Assembly (NCBI GenBank): GCA_028534125.1
Contig: CM052816.1
Span: forward strand, 2,358,001-2,422,000
DNA length: 64,000 nt
Direction: 5' to 3'
Source: Lama glama
Lineage: Eukaryota
Part shown: in pieces, positions 13,346 through 28,465 of the stretch
Layout of the letters: each line of letters starts with the position of its first letter
How positions within the stretch are numbered: the first letter of the stretch is position 1
Program-made: the position numbers and the translations under genes
Notes under the pieces: model-generated
Told to the model about the DNA's origin: nothing
What the model saw: only the letters and a program-made list of their open reading frames with translations
Database searches by the model: none

Positions 13346-16300
13346 AAAATAGGAGACAAATTTGGTTTAATGGCTGAGGTCTGAGGCAGCCAAGTGGTAC
13401 TTTTCTTATTCATCAAGAAAGAAGAGAAACAGGAATATATGGTTGAGTTTTGTGTACTTACTTTAGAAACCATTTTCCTGGTTGCACATCATGTTCAGAA
13501 ACGTTGAACAAATAGCATGGGCACGTGTCCCTCCGTCCCCGGTGGCCTGGTGCTGCAATTCCCAGCCCCTTTTTCCTGGGTTTGGGAAGAGTAATCAAGG
13601 ACACAATGGGTTTGTGTGTTAAGGAAACACCCCACAGCTTGCATCCAGCCACTTGACCGTGCAAGGGCTTTGGCCGGAGCCCACCCCAGGAAGCGCTCGG
13701 TGTGACTCAGATCAGAGTGGTGTCCTCCTGGCTCCAGATGGGGAGGTGGAGTGAGAGTTCAAGAGCAAGGTCAGGGAGGGGCGGATGGAGCCAGCACGAG
13801 GTGTTCCTGTGTTGGACCTGGGAGGTTTACACTCCGCGGTCCATTGTTAGGGGGATAAAACGGGCTCCGCCTTTCTCAGAATCGTGGTCAGTGTTTGTCA
13901 AACAGGAGTGTTTCAGTGAGCCGGGGACCACACACCTTAAAAAACAAACTCCGCTTTATTAAACCCATGTGTTTGTGAATAGACAAAGCTAGATTCATAC
14001 AACCACCCACATATTCTGTCAAATGAAACTGCGCCCAAGACCAAGCAGACAGCTCTCCGTAATAATGTGCCTTTGTCCACTGGCTGGGGCTGTTTTCAAA
14101 GACCTCGTACAGGCTCTGTTTTATTGGAGCCCCTCTTGTGAGACGAGTCAGGAGAGCAGCATCATCCCCGTTTACCGTGTGGGAACGGGAGCGAGCCGAC
14201 CCCTTCTCTGTAAATTATTTCGTCCCTGAAAGTCACCGTCAGTGATCGTTGCTGCGCACACAGATTTGAAATACTGTAATTACGCTCACCCCAGATGTCT
14301 CTTGGTTTCCTTTTTCATAAGCGCGTGGAGAAGGGCAGGCTGAGGTTTTTAAGTGGCGACATTCTGTTCTGTGTCACACAGAAGGGAGAGGAACACGTGA
14401 CCAACTTTGGGGCGAAGGTTGACTTTTCTTATAATATCGAGGTGAGCGGGTAGGGGCCGTGGTCAGTCGGAAACTTGGAGATGCTAAAATGCTAACATCC
14501 AGAAATGTTGGGCAAGGAGCTGTCTCTGATCTGAAGGCAGAGGTGTCTCTGTCCCCTTTCCCTTTGTTGGTGGTCAGCCTGAGTGGTCAGCGAGCATGAG
14601 CATGGCTGGCATTCCGGGCGTTAGCAGTGAATCCCAGGAAGCAGGTCATGCTCGGTTCGTGCCCAGTGGGTGCCTGGCATGGCTTTATCAAAGTTTCTGA
14701 AGAGCACAGGGGCCAAGAGAGTGGGCTTCCGGGTCAGGTGGACGTGGATTTTGGAAACCAGATGCACTGCCCCGTGCACGTGACCCAGCCTCCCCAGCCT
14801 CAGTCCCCAGCGTGCAAAGAGGTCTCTCTGGCATACAGGGTGACTTCATTAAACGGGGGCTACTGTCCCCTGCAAGGCGGCTACTTCCAGTTCACAGAGT
14901 CAAAGTTCCCAGCGGGCTGGTGACTTGCCACCATCACAGCAAGCAAGTGGGAGAACCCAGATTGGCACCCCGGTCCTCCAGCCTCACGGTTACCCCTGCT
15001 CCAAGTTCCCATTTCCCCGCCAGATCCAGAAGCCCAGATGACTCTGCCTTGATTAGCTTCTCTCTCCTGTCCCTCGTCTGCACCTCAGCCCCAACCTACT
15101 AAAACTCTCACCACTTGTCTTTCATTCCCCCACCGGGAGGGGTTGGCACAGGGACCTCCACAGGGCAGACACGTCTCTTCTCCAAGAGCCAGTCCCTCTT
15201 CCAGAGAAAGTAAAGCCGTTCGAGAAAAGTAACAGAGGCGGCATTTGTGTATTTTGCTTTATGGAGCTGAAAATATCTGGTAAATTGATCCAGTGGGAGT
15301 AATAAATACACATTACTTTATCTTGTTGCTCATGTCCTATACCCCTGAGCCTCGATACAACACCACCACTTAATAGACTTAAAAAAGAGTAATTACACTC
15401 ATTGCTTGTGTGATTTTTCAGCCCTCCCAGCCCTGCCTGACCTTCTAATTTAGCTCACCGTGTCTAACTAATGCATTTATATTCATCTTTTATGAAGCAT
15501 GTACAGTGCAGAGTTGACTTTAGAGCCTTTCTCAAGCTGTCCTCCCAGGTTCCCAAGCTGGTGAGTAGTCGGAAGAGCGGGCACTGCCGGTCCCCACAGC
15601 CCCGCACGGACAGACAGCCCAGACCCGCGGCTCGCAGCAAATTTTTTTTTTTTTAGCCTTTATGAAACATCATAAAAAGTATTTATTACATTTTTACTTT
15701 AAAGCTTTTATACATTCTAGCATTATTTACAGCTAAACATGCAGGCAAAAGAAGCCGAGTGTTTTAAAAATGATTACTGTTAATGTTTCTGCTTGTCAGA
15801 AGTGCTTAAATTTTCCTGCACTTTGTCTAAAAACTTAGTACTGTTGCCTTTTAAGAACAACACATTTAAAAGATCTCGCAAGTCAGATTTGCAAACACTG
15901 CTGACAGTCTGTGATGAATGATATTGCAAAATTTGCAAGATGTTTGTCGTTTTCGCACAGCCGACATATTAAGGGAACAGATTAAGAAACGCGAAACCCC
16001 TATGGAAAACAACCATCCCCAGCAAAAACCCAAACAAACCTCCACCGAACCTTGAACCCAGAGAGCACACGCTCCAGAATCTCTCACCCGGGTTCTCGCT
16101 CCCCACTTCCCCCTCCGCCAGTGGAACCCAATTGTTCTCAGTGCATTTTCTCTCACCATATGGTCTCCTCATTACCATACACTAAGAGTCCATATGGGAA
16201 ACTTGTGAAATGAACTGTATTCATTTTAACTGCCAGATGAGCAGCCTTTTGCTTTGCAAGCTTAGCTTAAGTCATCTGCTGTCTTCGTGTTGTTATGGCA

Positions 16301-19300
16301 ACACGGCACCAATAAAAAATTCTAATCTACTGTAAGTGATCACAGTATTTTAAGAGCTTGCCTATAACTGCCCTCAAAGGGGAGGGAGGAGGAAGGGTTA
16401 TCTTTGTCCGAGGAGCAAAGGGTTGCTCTTCATTCCAGCAGGTGTCAGTAGAGAGGCTGGTGAGATGGAGAGTGAGGTGCTGGGGTGGCCGTGGTGCAGC
16501 AGGTGTAGTGGGTACTGGCGGCGAGGGAGGCGGACTGCAGAGGGATGGATGGTAGAGAGGATGGATGGGAGACCCTTTGGGTTGAAACCAGAAACCATAG
16601 TTCTCCCAGCAGACACGTGACTCTGCTTGTGCGGGGCTGCCCGCCATGAATGAAAGTCGAGGTTCTGAACAACACAGGCAGCAATCCTCACGGTGGCGTC
16701 TCCCTCGCTGGCGTGCAGGAGATATCTCCGCCTCCGGGAGCCTGCTCTTCCTGTGCGCGGGGGAATTAGTCATTTCCAGCACCGTGCTAATTAAGAGTAC
16801 CTTAAAGTAATGGCAGTAGGCAGCGGCATCCTTAAATATAAATCATTTTCACCTCCGCAGGCCGCATGATAGGTTTCATCTCTGTCGCTCTGTCTGTATT
16901 GAAAGTGAATGTTTATAGTCTCAGTTCATCAGTTCACATTAGCCTCATGCTGAATATTTAAACACAGAACAATTTGAACCCACCATGAAGGAAGACAGTG
17001 ACTGCACTTTCATTTGAAACAGCAAGGGCTCATCTAATAATAATTTAGTAAATCAGCCATTTAGTGGCTCGGTTGTGCACTGCATTGTGCCAAATATTAT
17101 TCAGCTCCACTGTACACTCGCAGAATTGAAATTCAGACTCTCGTCACAGGCACGGTTTTTTGCTCAATGGAGAGATGAGACCCCGGATCACCCTCCCTAA
17201 AGAGCGTTCGTGTTTAGTGATTTATCATAAATGCAGAGCTGGGGCGAAATGAGACCAACCGGAGTCGGCTGTATACAATGTATTCTAATTATGCTTTTAT
17301 TGTTTTAGTCTTTATGCAAAGACTATCCGTGATTCAAAACCTGCAGTTGCATCAATGAAAATACGAGTAAGAAATCTTTGCGTAACCATGTTGCCTGTTA
17401 GCAGAAAAGGGGGATGACTCAGGGCTTCAGGAAAGGGCCAAGAAACCCCATGTCTTCATCTTCCACACAGTGATGCTGGCCTTTCTCTCTTGCCTTACTC
17501 ATTTTTAAATCTCTTTTCATTTCAAGAAATTCTATGAACATTCTATCCAGGAACCAAAATGACTCAAGCCAAAAATACAGCAACAAAAGCAAATCATACA
17601 GTATACCCAGCTCTTAGGAAAAGCCCACTTGAGTTTGACCCAAAAACCATTTTGTCTCTGCATTCTCTTGTCAAAAACACAAACTATGGAGTGCAGTTCC
17701 TTTCCCCTTCTCTCCCCTGGGTCTGCCAGGAAACAGAAAAGCAAAGTCCACTTCCTCATTTTGATAATATGCTCAGTTTAGGGGCTTGGTGTCCCTCCCT
17801 CTTAAGCTTCTTTTATCAAGAGAGTTTGGCTGAGTTCTGCGCACCCTTGAAATTGCAAATGGAATTGTGTGTATGTGTTATGAGCGTGCACATACTACTT
17901 TTCTGGGGAGGGAGATTGTAGCTTCATTAACAAGGCCATGGCCCCCACAAAAGTTGTAATTCTCACTCTTTTAGATTATTTATTTTATCTTTAACTGACT
18001 GACGCTGCAGTAAGTTACTCTGTGATTGTTGAGTCATGCCCATTTTCGAGATGAGGAACCTGAGGCTCAGAGAAGACCGCTCATGCAGCTGAGTGGTGGA
18101 GGTTTTCTACCTCACCAACCTTCTTCACCGTGATCTGTTCAGAATCTTTTGCAATCTTTTGCAAACAGGATCGCGTCTCAAGCAGGACTCGGGCACGTAA
18201 TACACCTTGACTCTAAGAATGCATATAATTTGCCCAAGTTCTCTGGACAATAAGTGAGGGTGACCCATGTTATTGCTGCCTGTTGCTCAGTAAGCAGTAA
18301 GTGTGTGTCTCCTGAGCTGGGTGCTGGTTTTAACCCTACTTCACAGATGAGGAAGCTGAGGCAGGAGTTGAACCCCACACTAATACACAGCAGAGCATGG
18401 AACTGAGCCAGCTCCCTCGAGTCCAGAGCCAGTATCCCTCAGCACAGCCTCCGAGAACTAAGGAAAGGGAAGTTTAAGGAAAAAAGGCAATTTTGCAAAC
18501 TAGTCTTTAAAAGTCCCTCAAGCTTGGCCAGGGAAAGAGGGAAGCAGTAGACTGTTAGCTCACCGATGGCCGAGCCAGGGGACAGTGGCAGCCGGGATGA
18601 AAAACTCACACATACAAACCTTGGAGATGATTCTTTGTGTCTTTAGCTGCAGAATCATCACGGTAAGGACTTGCAGTAACGGTTACTCCAATAGCTGAAT
18701 TTTGGAGCCTCCTGCAAGTTCTTTTTCAGCACTGAGCTCTTAATGAGGGGCACCAAGTGTAACCTCCTTCAGGTCACACCCTGCATACGGGGACCTTGAA
18801 TATTATTACTCATTCGTTCAAGGAGAAGTCACAGGAGGAGCAAGGGGCTAACTCCCCTCAACCCTCTCACCATCCAATATCGTCTTCTTAATGGCCAAAG
18901 CCCTTAGAAACAGAGACCCTGAGAGGTTGAGAGGTCTTCGGCCTTGAGTAACACTTCAATTAAGCACTGAAGTCGTAAGAACGAAGCCCCAGCCACCTCT
19001 AGGCAGTGGATTTTAATTGCAGTTCTAGTCGGGACCGTCTGTAAAGCCTCGGGAGTCATAATTTACAGACACCGTTCATCTGGAGGTACCTATGGTAACC
19101 AATGGTGTTCCACAATTTAAGAAGCAAAAAGTCCACTCTGTTTGCCCAACCCCCCCCCTTAGATATCCTGAAAGCACAGCCCGGTTCCAGCCTGCACACA
19201 TCACTTACTCAAGTTTAACTACACGTACTTGTCCAAAAATATAAATACACACATACGTTTGTGTACACACACGCCAAACACACATCCACAGAACAGCCAC

Positions 19301-22300
19301 AGACACGCACAGGACAGTAAATCTCTTTGTTTACTTTCAAACTAGATATTTTTTCTCCTCTGCCCTGGGGAAGGGGAAGCCATGGCCAAAAGACAAAGAG
19401 AAACAGAAGTAGTTAATTTCTGGCTTTCGTGTTTCTAAGAGCCCAGGCCTTGGCAACTTAAAAGAGTTTCAAGGGTAATTTTGACTCTGGGCAGTTTTTG
19501 TTTCATGTGCTGACTTTACAACCTACCCCTGAAAAAGGCATCTCTGTCCACAGCCTTCTCTTTAAGCGCAGACTTTCATCCTGATCAGAAAGTCGATTTC
19601 CAAGGCCACTCAGCAGGACCTAACCCAGAGCGCGGGTCTTAAACCGGTACAATGAATTGGAACAAGAAGAGCCAGCCGGAGGTTACCAAGTTCAGCTCTG
19701 TACCTCCAAGCAGGTCATAGTCACAAGGGTGCAGACACCATTTTTCACTGTATTTGTGGCGGGAGGCACCCCAGGCCCCCATTCACCAATTACCATGACA
19801 CCATTTAGAAGAGAATGCCAGGAGAGCAAAGGCAGGGGGTTGGGGGGAAGCCATTGTCATAGCTCTTCTCAGGAATACCTAGTTTCACAATTTAGACTTA
19901 ACTGCTGACACTTGAAAAGTCGAACATTTTGGCAAAATGAATCAAGCCGTAATGTTTCTTTTATGAGATCCCCTTGCAGGAGAGGGAGGTTTGGCACCTC
20001 ATGGAGACCAGGGTTAGTGATCCATCATAGTAAAGTCAGCTGTCCTGCCAGCTTCTCAGAGGTCACGCGATCGAACCAACAGCTCTTACAACTATATTAT
20101 TGCTTACGGAACAGTAATTGAGGCACCGGATAAAAATTACCTGGTCTAATAGGCAGCGAGCAATTTTCACTCAATAAAATTATAAGCCAAATCATTCATT
20201 TCATAACACTCTGGCTAATTTATTTGTTGACCTTTTAATATCCATAGCTCTTCAGTGGTATTAACTGCAACGCAGACAAAAATCTCTTGTTCATTTCACT
20301 TTCATTGATTTTTTTTTTCCATTGAGGCAATAACAGCTGCTCGAAAACAGCCTTTTTCTTCCCACTGTAAAAGTCAATCATGTAAGTTAGTATGTCTTAC
20401 GTTGGTATAGTTGCGTTAGCTTACAACCTGCTTTAATTTCGTGGGATTCCCGAGTCTTCTATACGAGGAAACAAAATTCAAAGCTTTCTGGTGCGCCTCG
20501 AGTCACGAGGCACGATGATACAAGCTAGTATGTTTGAGAAGTAAGAGGGCGCTCATCGAAGGCGAACGCAAAATCAACTTTAAAATTAGAGCAGGTTCAG
20601 AAGCCCCATCCCCTCCCCCTCCCCACCGCCCCAGGTGGATTTTCTTTAGACTAAAATGCATTTGATGCCTCTTGTGTTAATAGCTGTAGACCCTTTCAAA
20701 ATAGTTAATTCCTTTTGTTTTGGAAATTTCTGCAGATTGTGATTGTAGTTTGAATTTAGGTTTTCTTTAAAGACCCTGGGCAATGAGTGTGTGCGCGGAG
20801 GTTCGGTAAGCTTCAGTTGAAGCTTCTTGTAGAATGAAATCCTATGAAGTCTTTAGGGTGCAGGGTTGTGAAATATAGTTGTTACACATTTGGCATTTTA
20901 TGCCTCCCTGGAAATAACCACTTGCTACCTACGCCCCATCTATGCTCCTCCTTTCCATTTCAATTTACTCTAAAGTGGTCCTTAGCCATGATGAGAATGC
21001 CCCTTTCAACAGAAACATGTTTAATTACATCCATGCTAAATGTAAGTGACTCTTCTCAGTCACGGGGCTTCTGAGTAACGAATGTTTAAAGTGCGACGCT
21101 AAAGGTTTCTAATGATCACAAGCTCTGTTTCAAGAAGTTCATATTCACAGAAAAAAGAAAAGAAAAATTTGAGGAACGTCTCAGAGGATTAGAAACTAAA
21201 CAGTGCTCAAGTATTATTTTGGTTTGTTTTACTCTTTCCCTCACTGCTCTCATTATATGATTTTTTAGGATGCAAAGTCTACCATTGTGGAGTTTTCCAT
21301 TTGGCTGAATAAACATAAAGGAAGCTGGGATATAAAACTCCCCTCCTCAGAAACACCTCTCAGGAAAACTGGTGTTCATTGCACTGTACGTTCAGCTCCG
21401 CGGGAAGCGGGCTGCCAGAAACTTGCAGTCAGTTTTTCAGATTTTAGGTTTTCCCATCAGTGCAGAAAGAGCTAGGACTTAAAGGCCAGTAAGCTGAATG
21501 TACTGTTCAAAATTTGGACCCTGTAGTAAACTCCAGAGTGAGGAGGTGAATGGAATCAAGGCTGATTTTATTGATAGATGCTTATCGCCTTTAAGTCAGG
21601 AGTGATTTTGCCACTTCATGTCGTTTTATTTTCCTGATGTTTGGTTGGACCCACTGTATCTTGAATCCCCTGGTACAGCAAAGCAATTGGTGAAAAGTGG
21701 GTGTCAGGGAAATGTGCGGAGACAGAGGAGCATTGTCCTTCTTTCTCAGGACTCACCCAAGTCAACTTGACTTTGATAACGGAGCTTTCTTCTACATTCC
21801 TCAAGCCATTCCTTTCTCCTTGTGGGAGCATAAAGCCAAATGGGTTTTCTTCCCAAATTACTGAAGCATCCCTGGGCTTTAGTTTTATAAGGGAGTTCCC
21901 AGAGTCTCAAAATCTGATTCTGAAGATTGCAGTGAATGTTCTCTTGGTGAACAGGTGCCCATCTGGCTTTATGAGCTGGCCCGTATGTGCTCTGGCTGAA
22001 AGAGAGCTGAGGCCATCTCCCCTGCTCATCTGGGTTCGCATTACTCAAAACATTGAACCACCTTTATAAATGGACTCAGTATTGGACAGTCAGACACCGT
22101 TGTTCTCTTTCCCCCTGGAAGGCTAGGTGGGGCCAGTGCATATGAGCTTATTGGCAACACATTTGAGATCAGATGCCGAAGAGAAGATTCTCAAGGAAGG
22201 TAAATAATCCTCAGAGATTTTACTGTCATAAAACGGAAGGAAAGATGACTTGGCCATGGCTGCATATCAGACATGAGATGCCTGGTTTCCAAGGGTGTGC

Positions 22301-22954
22301 AAATGCCTAAGTATTTCTAAAAGCCTGAGAGTACAGTTAGTAACAGGCTGATGCACACCAAGCCCCACCTCACGTTGCCAGCAGCCTGTGACTTGAGATA
22401 ATGTCCACACTGACATGATTCAGTATATTAATCACAAAATGAAAAAGTAAGCCCAAGCCAGCAGGAGTGAAGGAGCAAATTCATTTAAAAAAAAAAGTGA
22501 TATAAAAAAACCCCCACAGTGACCAAGACTTGACTTTTGGGAATTTATTGTATATTGGATTAAAACCTCTGGAGGCAAATGTGGCACCAAATTTAAGTCT
22601 TCTGCTTTTATAAACTATGCCAAGTATATGACTTGGTCATTTCCTCCTGTGAATTCAGCATGCACTTCTGAACATCAGTAACTACCTTAGAATAAACTCC
22701 TCAGCAAGCGTTTCCCAAGGGCTGTGGTGTGCTGAACACTGTGCCAGGTGCTTAGAGGAGACCAAGACGCACCCATGGCCTCAAAGCGCCTACAGGCCGG
22801 CTGTGGAGAGTGAAGGCTGACACGCACAAGACCAGAGCAAAATGACCCCGTGACGCCTACCGGTGTGCAGGGCCGCGTGGCGCGGTCAGCTCCGTTTCTC
22901 AGAGGAAGGAGAGTGATGAGGAGCTGGGGTATCCGTGAAGGTGGAATTAGTTCT

Positions 22955-23135
22955 GATGGATAGTGTAATCATGAAGAGCTCAGGCTCTGATGTCTAACAG
23001 GCCTGGGGTGGAATCCCTGCTCAGCCATTCATCAGTTGTGTGACCTCAGAGCAAGCTGGCTGACTTCCCTGAGTCTCAGTTTCCTCGTCTGCCAAATGGA
23101 GTCTTCACCGTGAAGACTGAGTGAGTTAATGTCCC
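22955..23135 (+). mobile_element. MIR SINE
   Basis: aagagctcaggctctg...gaatccctgctcagcca...tgtgtgacctc...cttccctgagtctcagtttcctcgtctgccaaatgg. Confidence 0.75.
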
Positions 23136-24025
23136 ACTTTCAATAAACAACAGTTATCTTTTCCATTACTCTGCCACCACCACCACCACCTTCACGACCA
23201 GGCTTTAGAGGACGGGAAGGCATTGTAGATGGGCACAGATTGAAGCCAGCATCCTCAATGATGCCATGGCAAAATTAGCAAATGTATGGAGATTGGAAGG
23301 AGCCGAACCTGTTAACTTCCAGGAGAGGGAGGACTAGCCAGCCCAGCATGGAGAGTGGTTCTTCAGATGTATCGGGATTGGATAAAGAGGGTAGGACCAG
23401 ATGGTGGCAGAAATCTTTTGCAATCCCTGTAGAACCCTGTCCCTTGATTCTGGGAGGATGGTGTGCCTTGAAAGATGCTGGTGTGTGACTCCCGAGGCCA
23501 CAGGAAGCTCAGAAATTACTTGCTAATCGATTGGGTTGCAACATAGGAAGTAAGGCCTGATCTGCTCTCTGCATTTATATAGCTCATTCAGTATTTTTAT
23601 TACAGTGGTTCCAAAACACAAGTAAAACGTATACAATGATAATGGAACTGTTTCTCGAACCCCATTCATCCTTGACTCTCCCCAGTGTTTCTGCTAACTC
23701 TCAACAGATTTAACATGGCTCATCCATTTTTTTTTTTTTCTCTCCAGACCCTCATTCACAAAATCATCAATCGATGGCCATGGCAAGGCTGGTAAAGCCA
23801 GATTTTCAATTGCGAAAGGAAATAGGTCAGCAAAAAGTTGTTGCTGTTTTTAAGGAATAAACATTTTCTATTCCTTTAAGAGAGTAGAAATCCAAAGGCA
23901 TGAAAAGAAAAATTATCTGATGCAGGATGTAGATTGGGGAACAAGCATTAGCTCTATATGGAGATTCTGGGGCTTTTCAATATTTAGGATACTAGTATTT
24001 GTCTTCTTAATTCCCCAATGGGAGG

Positions 24026-24084
24026 TATATATATATATAAGATATATATATATATAATATATGTAAATATATATATATATATAT
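24026..24084. repeat. Imperfect (TA)n microsatellite
   Basis: Read directly from the sequence. Confidence 0.95.
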
Positions 24085-27000
24085 TTAATCCAAGGATAGG
24101 ATTAGTTATCTTGGAAGAGTCTAATCTTTACCCTTATGTTTTAAACTGCAAGCAGGGAGATGTTTTAAACATTATAAAAAGAAGAGAATATCTCCCTTGA
24201 CAAAAAAAGTCTTGAAAAATCAGATATTAGTACTTACTAGTCAAGTGCTCGTTCTTCTCAGAAATGTTAAAATTGCATATTAGAATGGAAGGGTCCTTAT
24301 ACTCTGCTCCCTCCTAATGTCACAAAAAATAAGACTTTAGGAACAGTTTCAGAGACAAAAGATTAAATGAAACATCCAGCTCTTCCCCTTATGGGAAATT
24401 TCTTCTTTTTTTTTTTTTTTTAACATCCTAGGCTCAATCATTTCCTAATGTGAAATTACAGATTTTTCAAATTACCATATAAAACTGCAAAAAAATTACA
24501 CTTGTGACCACTGAAGAGATAGCATATACTATCAATTTGATTTTAAAAGGCATACATCTTTTATACTACCTGTCACTTTTATAATGCCTTTTACAAATTT
24601 AATCAATACATTTTAACATTCTATATACTTTAAGTGCAATATACAATAAATATTCAAGTTTCATCTTAAACATGCTTTAGCCTTTAAATTGTTAAAACTG
24701 CAGTGCCCTTTCAATCTACTTACATAATGTCATAAAATATACATTTCAAGGTAAATGAAGTCAGCTACTTCAATTTAGTCCCTCAAACTGGTAGTAAATG
24801 AGAGGTTAACACTATGGTGCCAAACCCATTATTGAGTAAATTTAGCACCTTGGACAGCTCTGTAAAATCTTTATTGCTTTCCTGACCTGCTCGTCATGTT
24901 CTGTCTGTGTGTTCAGTGGCTCTCAGCTCTGATTGAAAGGCAATATATTAGATCCCCAACACAAACACGCTTGGGGGCTAGTTCACTGGGAGCGTAATGA
25001 CATGGAGGTGAGAGCAATTTTCTGGTCACCGAAATCCAAGCACCTTGCAGGTCCGCTGCACTAACTCATAGAGGACTCAGACATTTCCTTTCTCCTTCCC
25101 ATTTGCAGAAATAACTAATAGTGGCTGAATCACACTGGCAAAGCTGAACCAAAAGCGGGCTCTCCCTTAAACCCCAAAGTTGATACTGCGATGAAGGACA
25201 TTTTTAAATGGGTATCATTTAAGGGGGTCACTTCCAGGACATGAAGTCCAGGTTCATGGTCCTCCTGACTGCCGGCCTAAAGCAAGGCCAGGCTGCTGAC
25301 CCACCTATGGCCACGTGCCTAGTGGAAAGCATATCCCAGCTTCGTGGATTGAAGAAGGAGGCAACTCTAGTAACTGAGAGTCACATGTTTCATATTCAAA
25401 GGGTTGAATGATGGTGAGAGCTCTGGGTTTTGAATAAGGAGAAAAAGAAACGAGGGGAGTATGTGACTGAAAAATGTCATCACCAAAAATATATGAGCTT
25501 AAAATTTACAGCCTACACTGATGGTTGGAATTTCCCAGGTACAAAAACTTCACAGATCTTGGAGTTTATTTTGAACGTCCCTCCTCCTGGTTCTGTGAGA
25601 TTAATTAAAATAAGAAGCACTGCTCTAAACCCTCAGTGATAGTGTCCCAAGATTGACGTTCACGAGTGTGGTTTCAACCTGTACCTCATCTTGCTTTTGA
25701 CACAGGAGACTTGCATTTTTCCCCCCTAAAATGAAAAGAAAGAAAAATACCTTCTCTGCGAAGCCTAAGCACTAGCATATTTTTTTTTAAGAAGTAAGTG
25801 AACATAGACCCAGAGAAGTCAAATTTTAGTAAATAAACTTGATCCTGCTTTGTTTTAATCTTTCCTAGGAGCCAGATAAAGCAGTGAGGTTTTAGCGAAA
25901 GCGGCAGAGCTGAATTTGATCCGGGGATTGGGTTTAGAGTGCCCATCCCATGGTAAATTATTAACTGCTGTGGTCAGACAGCGCCGCAAACAAAAAGCGA
26001 TAAATTATCTTGTAGCTTGCATTAAAAAAAAAAGAAAGTATTTCAGATGTATGGATTCCAACCCCACTGATTCCATGATGCTTTTCACTCCTTACAGGAA
26101 AAATAACAGAACTGTTTCATAAATGGGTCTAGCAGCTTCAGGCAAGCATAAATGTTTATCAAGAACTGAAAACCCTTCTATCTCATTTTTGAATTTAGGA
26201 CATTATATATGTCATAAGTAGTTACTGCAGTGTGACAACTATTTTATCTTATATTATAGAGAATTTAAAATTGAGAAATGCTAATATGTATCTAAAAGCT
26301 TGTCATTTCAAGAGTTGTTCAAGGATTTTTGAAGAGGCTATGGTGACAGCAAAATGAATGCAATTAGATCCCTATTTTCTGATCAGTGTCTGCAGTATAT
26401 GAAAATGGAGCAGCCCTGCTTTTCCGTGGAGAACTCTATTGTGTCAAATATTTAAAGTTAAAGTTCTTTTTGAAACTTTACCCACAGTAAAAAAAAAAAA
26501 TTGTAAACATATCTTCTTGCAAACCACCTCTGATAACCACACCATGCCTTTATGTTTGCTTCGATCAGCCTCCGTGTTATACGTATCAAGCTTGACTCAT
26601 TTTCACATTCCAGTATCAATGAATCTGCAGAAAATTGGGGCAGAATGTAGAGGGAACGATTTCTTGTGGTTAGAATGAAGAAAATTACCATCACACACAC
26701 TTTCCCAGAGTGCCCTGTATTATTAGAAACAAGCGCGCTAGCTAAATACGGAAGCCCACCTAAACGAAAAGGAGATCTTTCTTCTTCCAATGGAATGACA
26801 GCAGAGCATCTATCTAGGATGAGAATGAATTGAGCAAACAGGGAAAACGACAAACAATGCTGAAATAGCAAAGAACTGCTATAAAAGAAACAGACTCTGC
26901 CAGTCGTGAAAACTGGTGCAGAGGGTGCTTGCAGGGGCAGGAGAATTCTTTTGTCAGAGCCTCTGGCCAACAGTGCACTGCTCCAGTATGTGAGTTTACT

Positions 27001-27514
27001 GCATTACCGCCTTGTATCATGGCTCTGCCACACAAGGGAGATAAACAAAAGAAGTTTGATGCTACAAGCTTCTAGTAGCTGAAGATTGATTGGAAATCCC
27101 TTGAAAATGACCTGTCTGATAAGGTCATGGTTCCTGGAATAAGCAATTAAGTGCAAAATAAACACTTCTTAGGGATTCATAACATGCACCAAATGACATC
27201 GATTGCAGTAATCTAGTAAATGACCTCGCAATTGTATTCAGCAATAAACATATGAGTGCTTCATCGTGCTTATGGCAGACTACTGAGCGACGTGTTTTAT
27301 CTTGCAGTACCAGTGATGCTCACCTTTTGACTTGATTAAGTGTGTATGTGAACAGGGATAAATTGGTGATTTAACGCCATTCTGGGGTCCCCCAAGCTAC
27401 TGCCTTTAAAGCAGTGCATTGGCAAAGTATGGCCAGAGGAAACTGGACCGTGATCGTGTGAAAAGATAATGACATTCTGCCTTCACTCAGGATGGTATCT
27501 GTTTTTCTCCTTGA

Positions 27515-27619
<105 letters not shown>

Positions 27620-28264
27620 TGAAGATCCCTTTATCATAGTGAAAAAGTACGAAAAAATATAAAAGCCACTTGCACGAGTTCAGAGTGTAAGTCATTCAGA
27701 CATAACATGTCACAGGGCTATTCCATTCTTCTCTCTTCTTTTGTAAATCTTTTATTGCCTTTTCTAGGGAACTATTTTCCTTATGAGGAAAGGGACTTTA
27801 TTTAACATGCATCTTCTGTGGGAATGTACTTCGTAACTGAAAGAGAGAGTTACTGGTGCTTTATTTTATTCCTCTCAGGTTTTCAAGAAAATTTAGGAGG
27901 AAAAGGGGGGTTTAATTTCCTCTCCTAAAAGAAGTGTAATGAGACCTGAATATTGCCTACTTCTGTTTCATAGAGCAACTCCATCTACCTGATTCTGCTT
28001 GCTCAGAGAAATCCTTCCTTTCTTGTGTCACTTAAATCAATGTCCAAGGGACAAAGTCCCACTGACTCTCAGGGACACAGGTCATCATGTAAATCTGCCC
28101 TTAACTTCATCTGGGGAGGTGCGTTGCAGGGTGCGTGCGTGCGTGTGTCTGTGTGTGTGACCAGAGCTCTGTGTGTTACTGGTGGGGAAGGGAAGCCCCG
28201 TGTTGCTGTCCTGTGCTACGTCCTGTACTAGGAGGTCATACGGAGGACTGGCTCAGTTCATGGG

Positions 28265-28465
28265 CCTTCAGTCAGACAAGCAGAGTTGTGCAGCCTAGCT
28301 CTGTCCTTAATGTAGGTGACCTTAAGTGAGGTCATCACCTCTCTGAGCCTCAGTTGCCCCATCTGTGATATGGGCATGACGATGATGAGAATAAACGTGC
28401 AGATTTGTTGAGAGGGCTGCAGAAGTGAATGCAGTTAACCATTGCAAGCCCTGAGCATGGCCTGT
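28265..28465 (+). mobile_element. MIR SINE just upstream of exon 13
   Basis: gtgaccttaagtgaggtcatcacctctctgagcctcagttgccccatctgtgatatggg. Confidence 0.7.
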
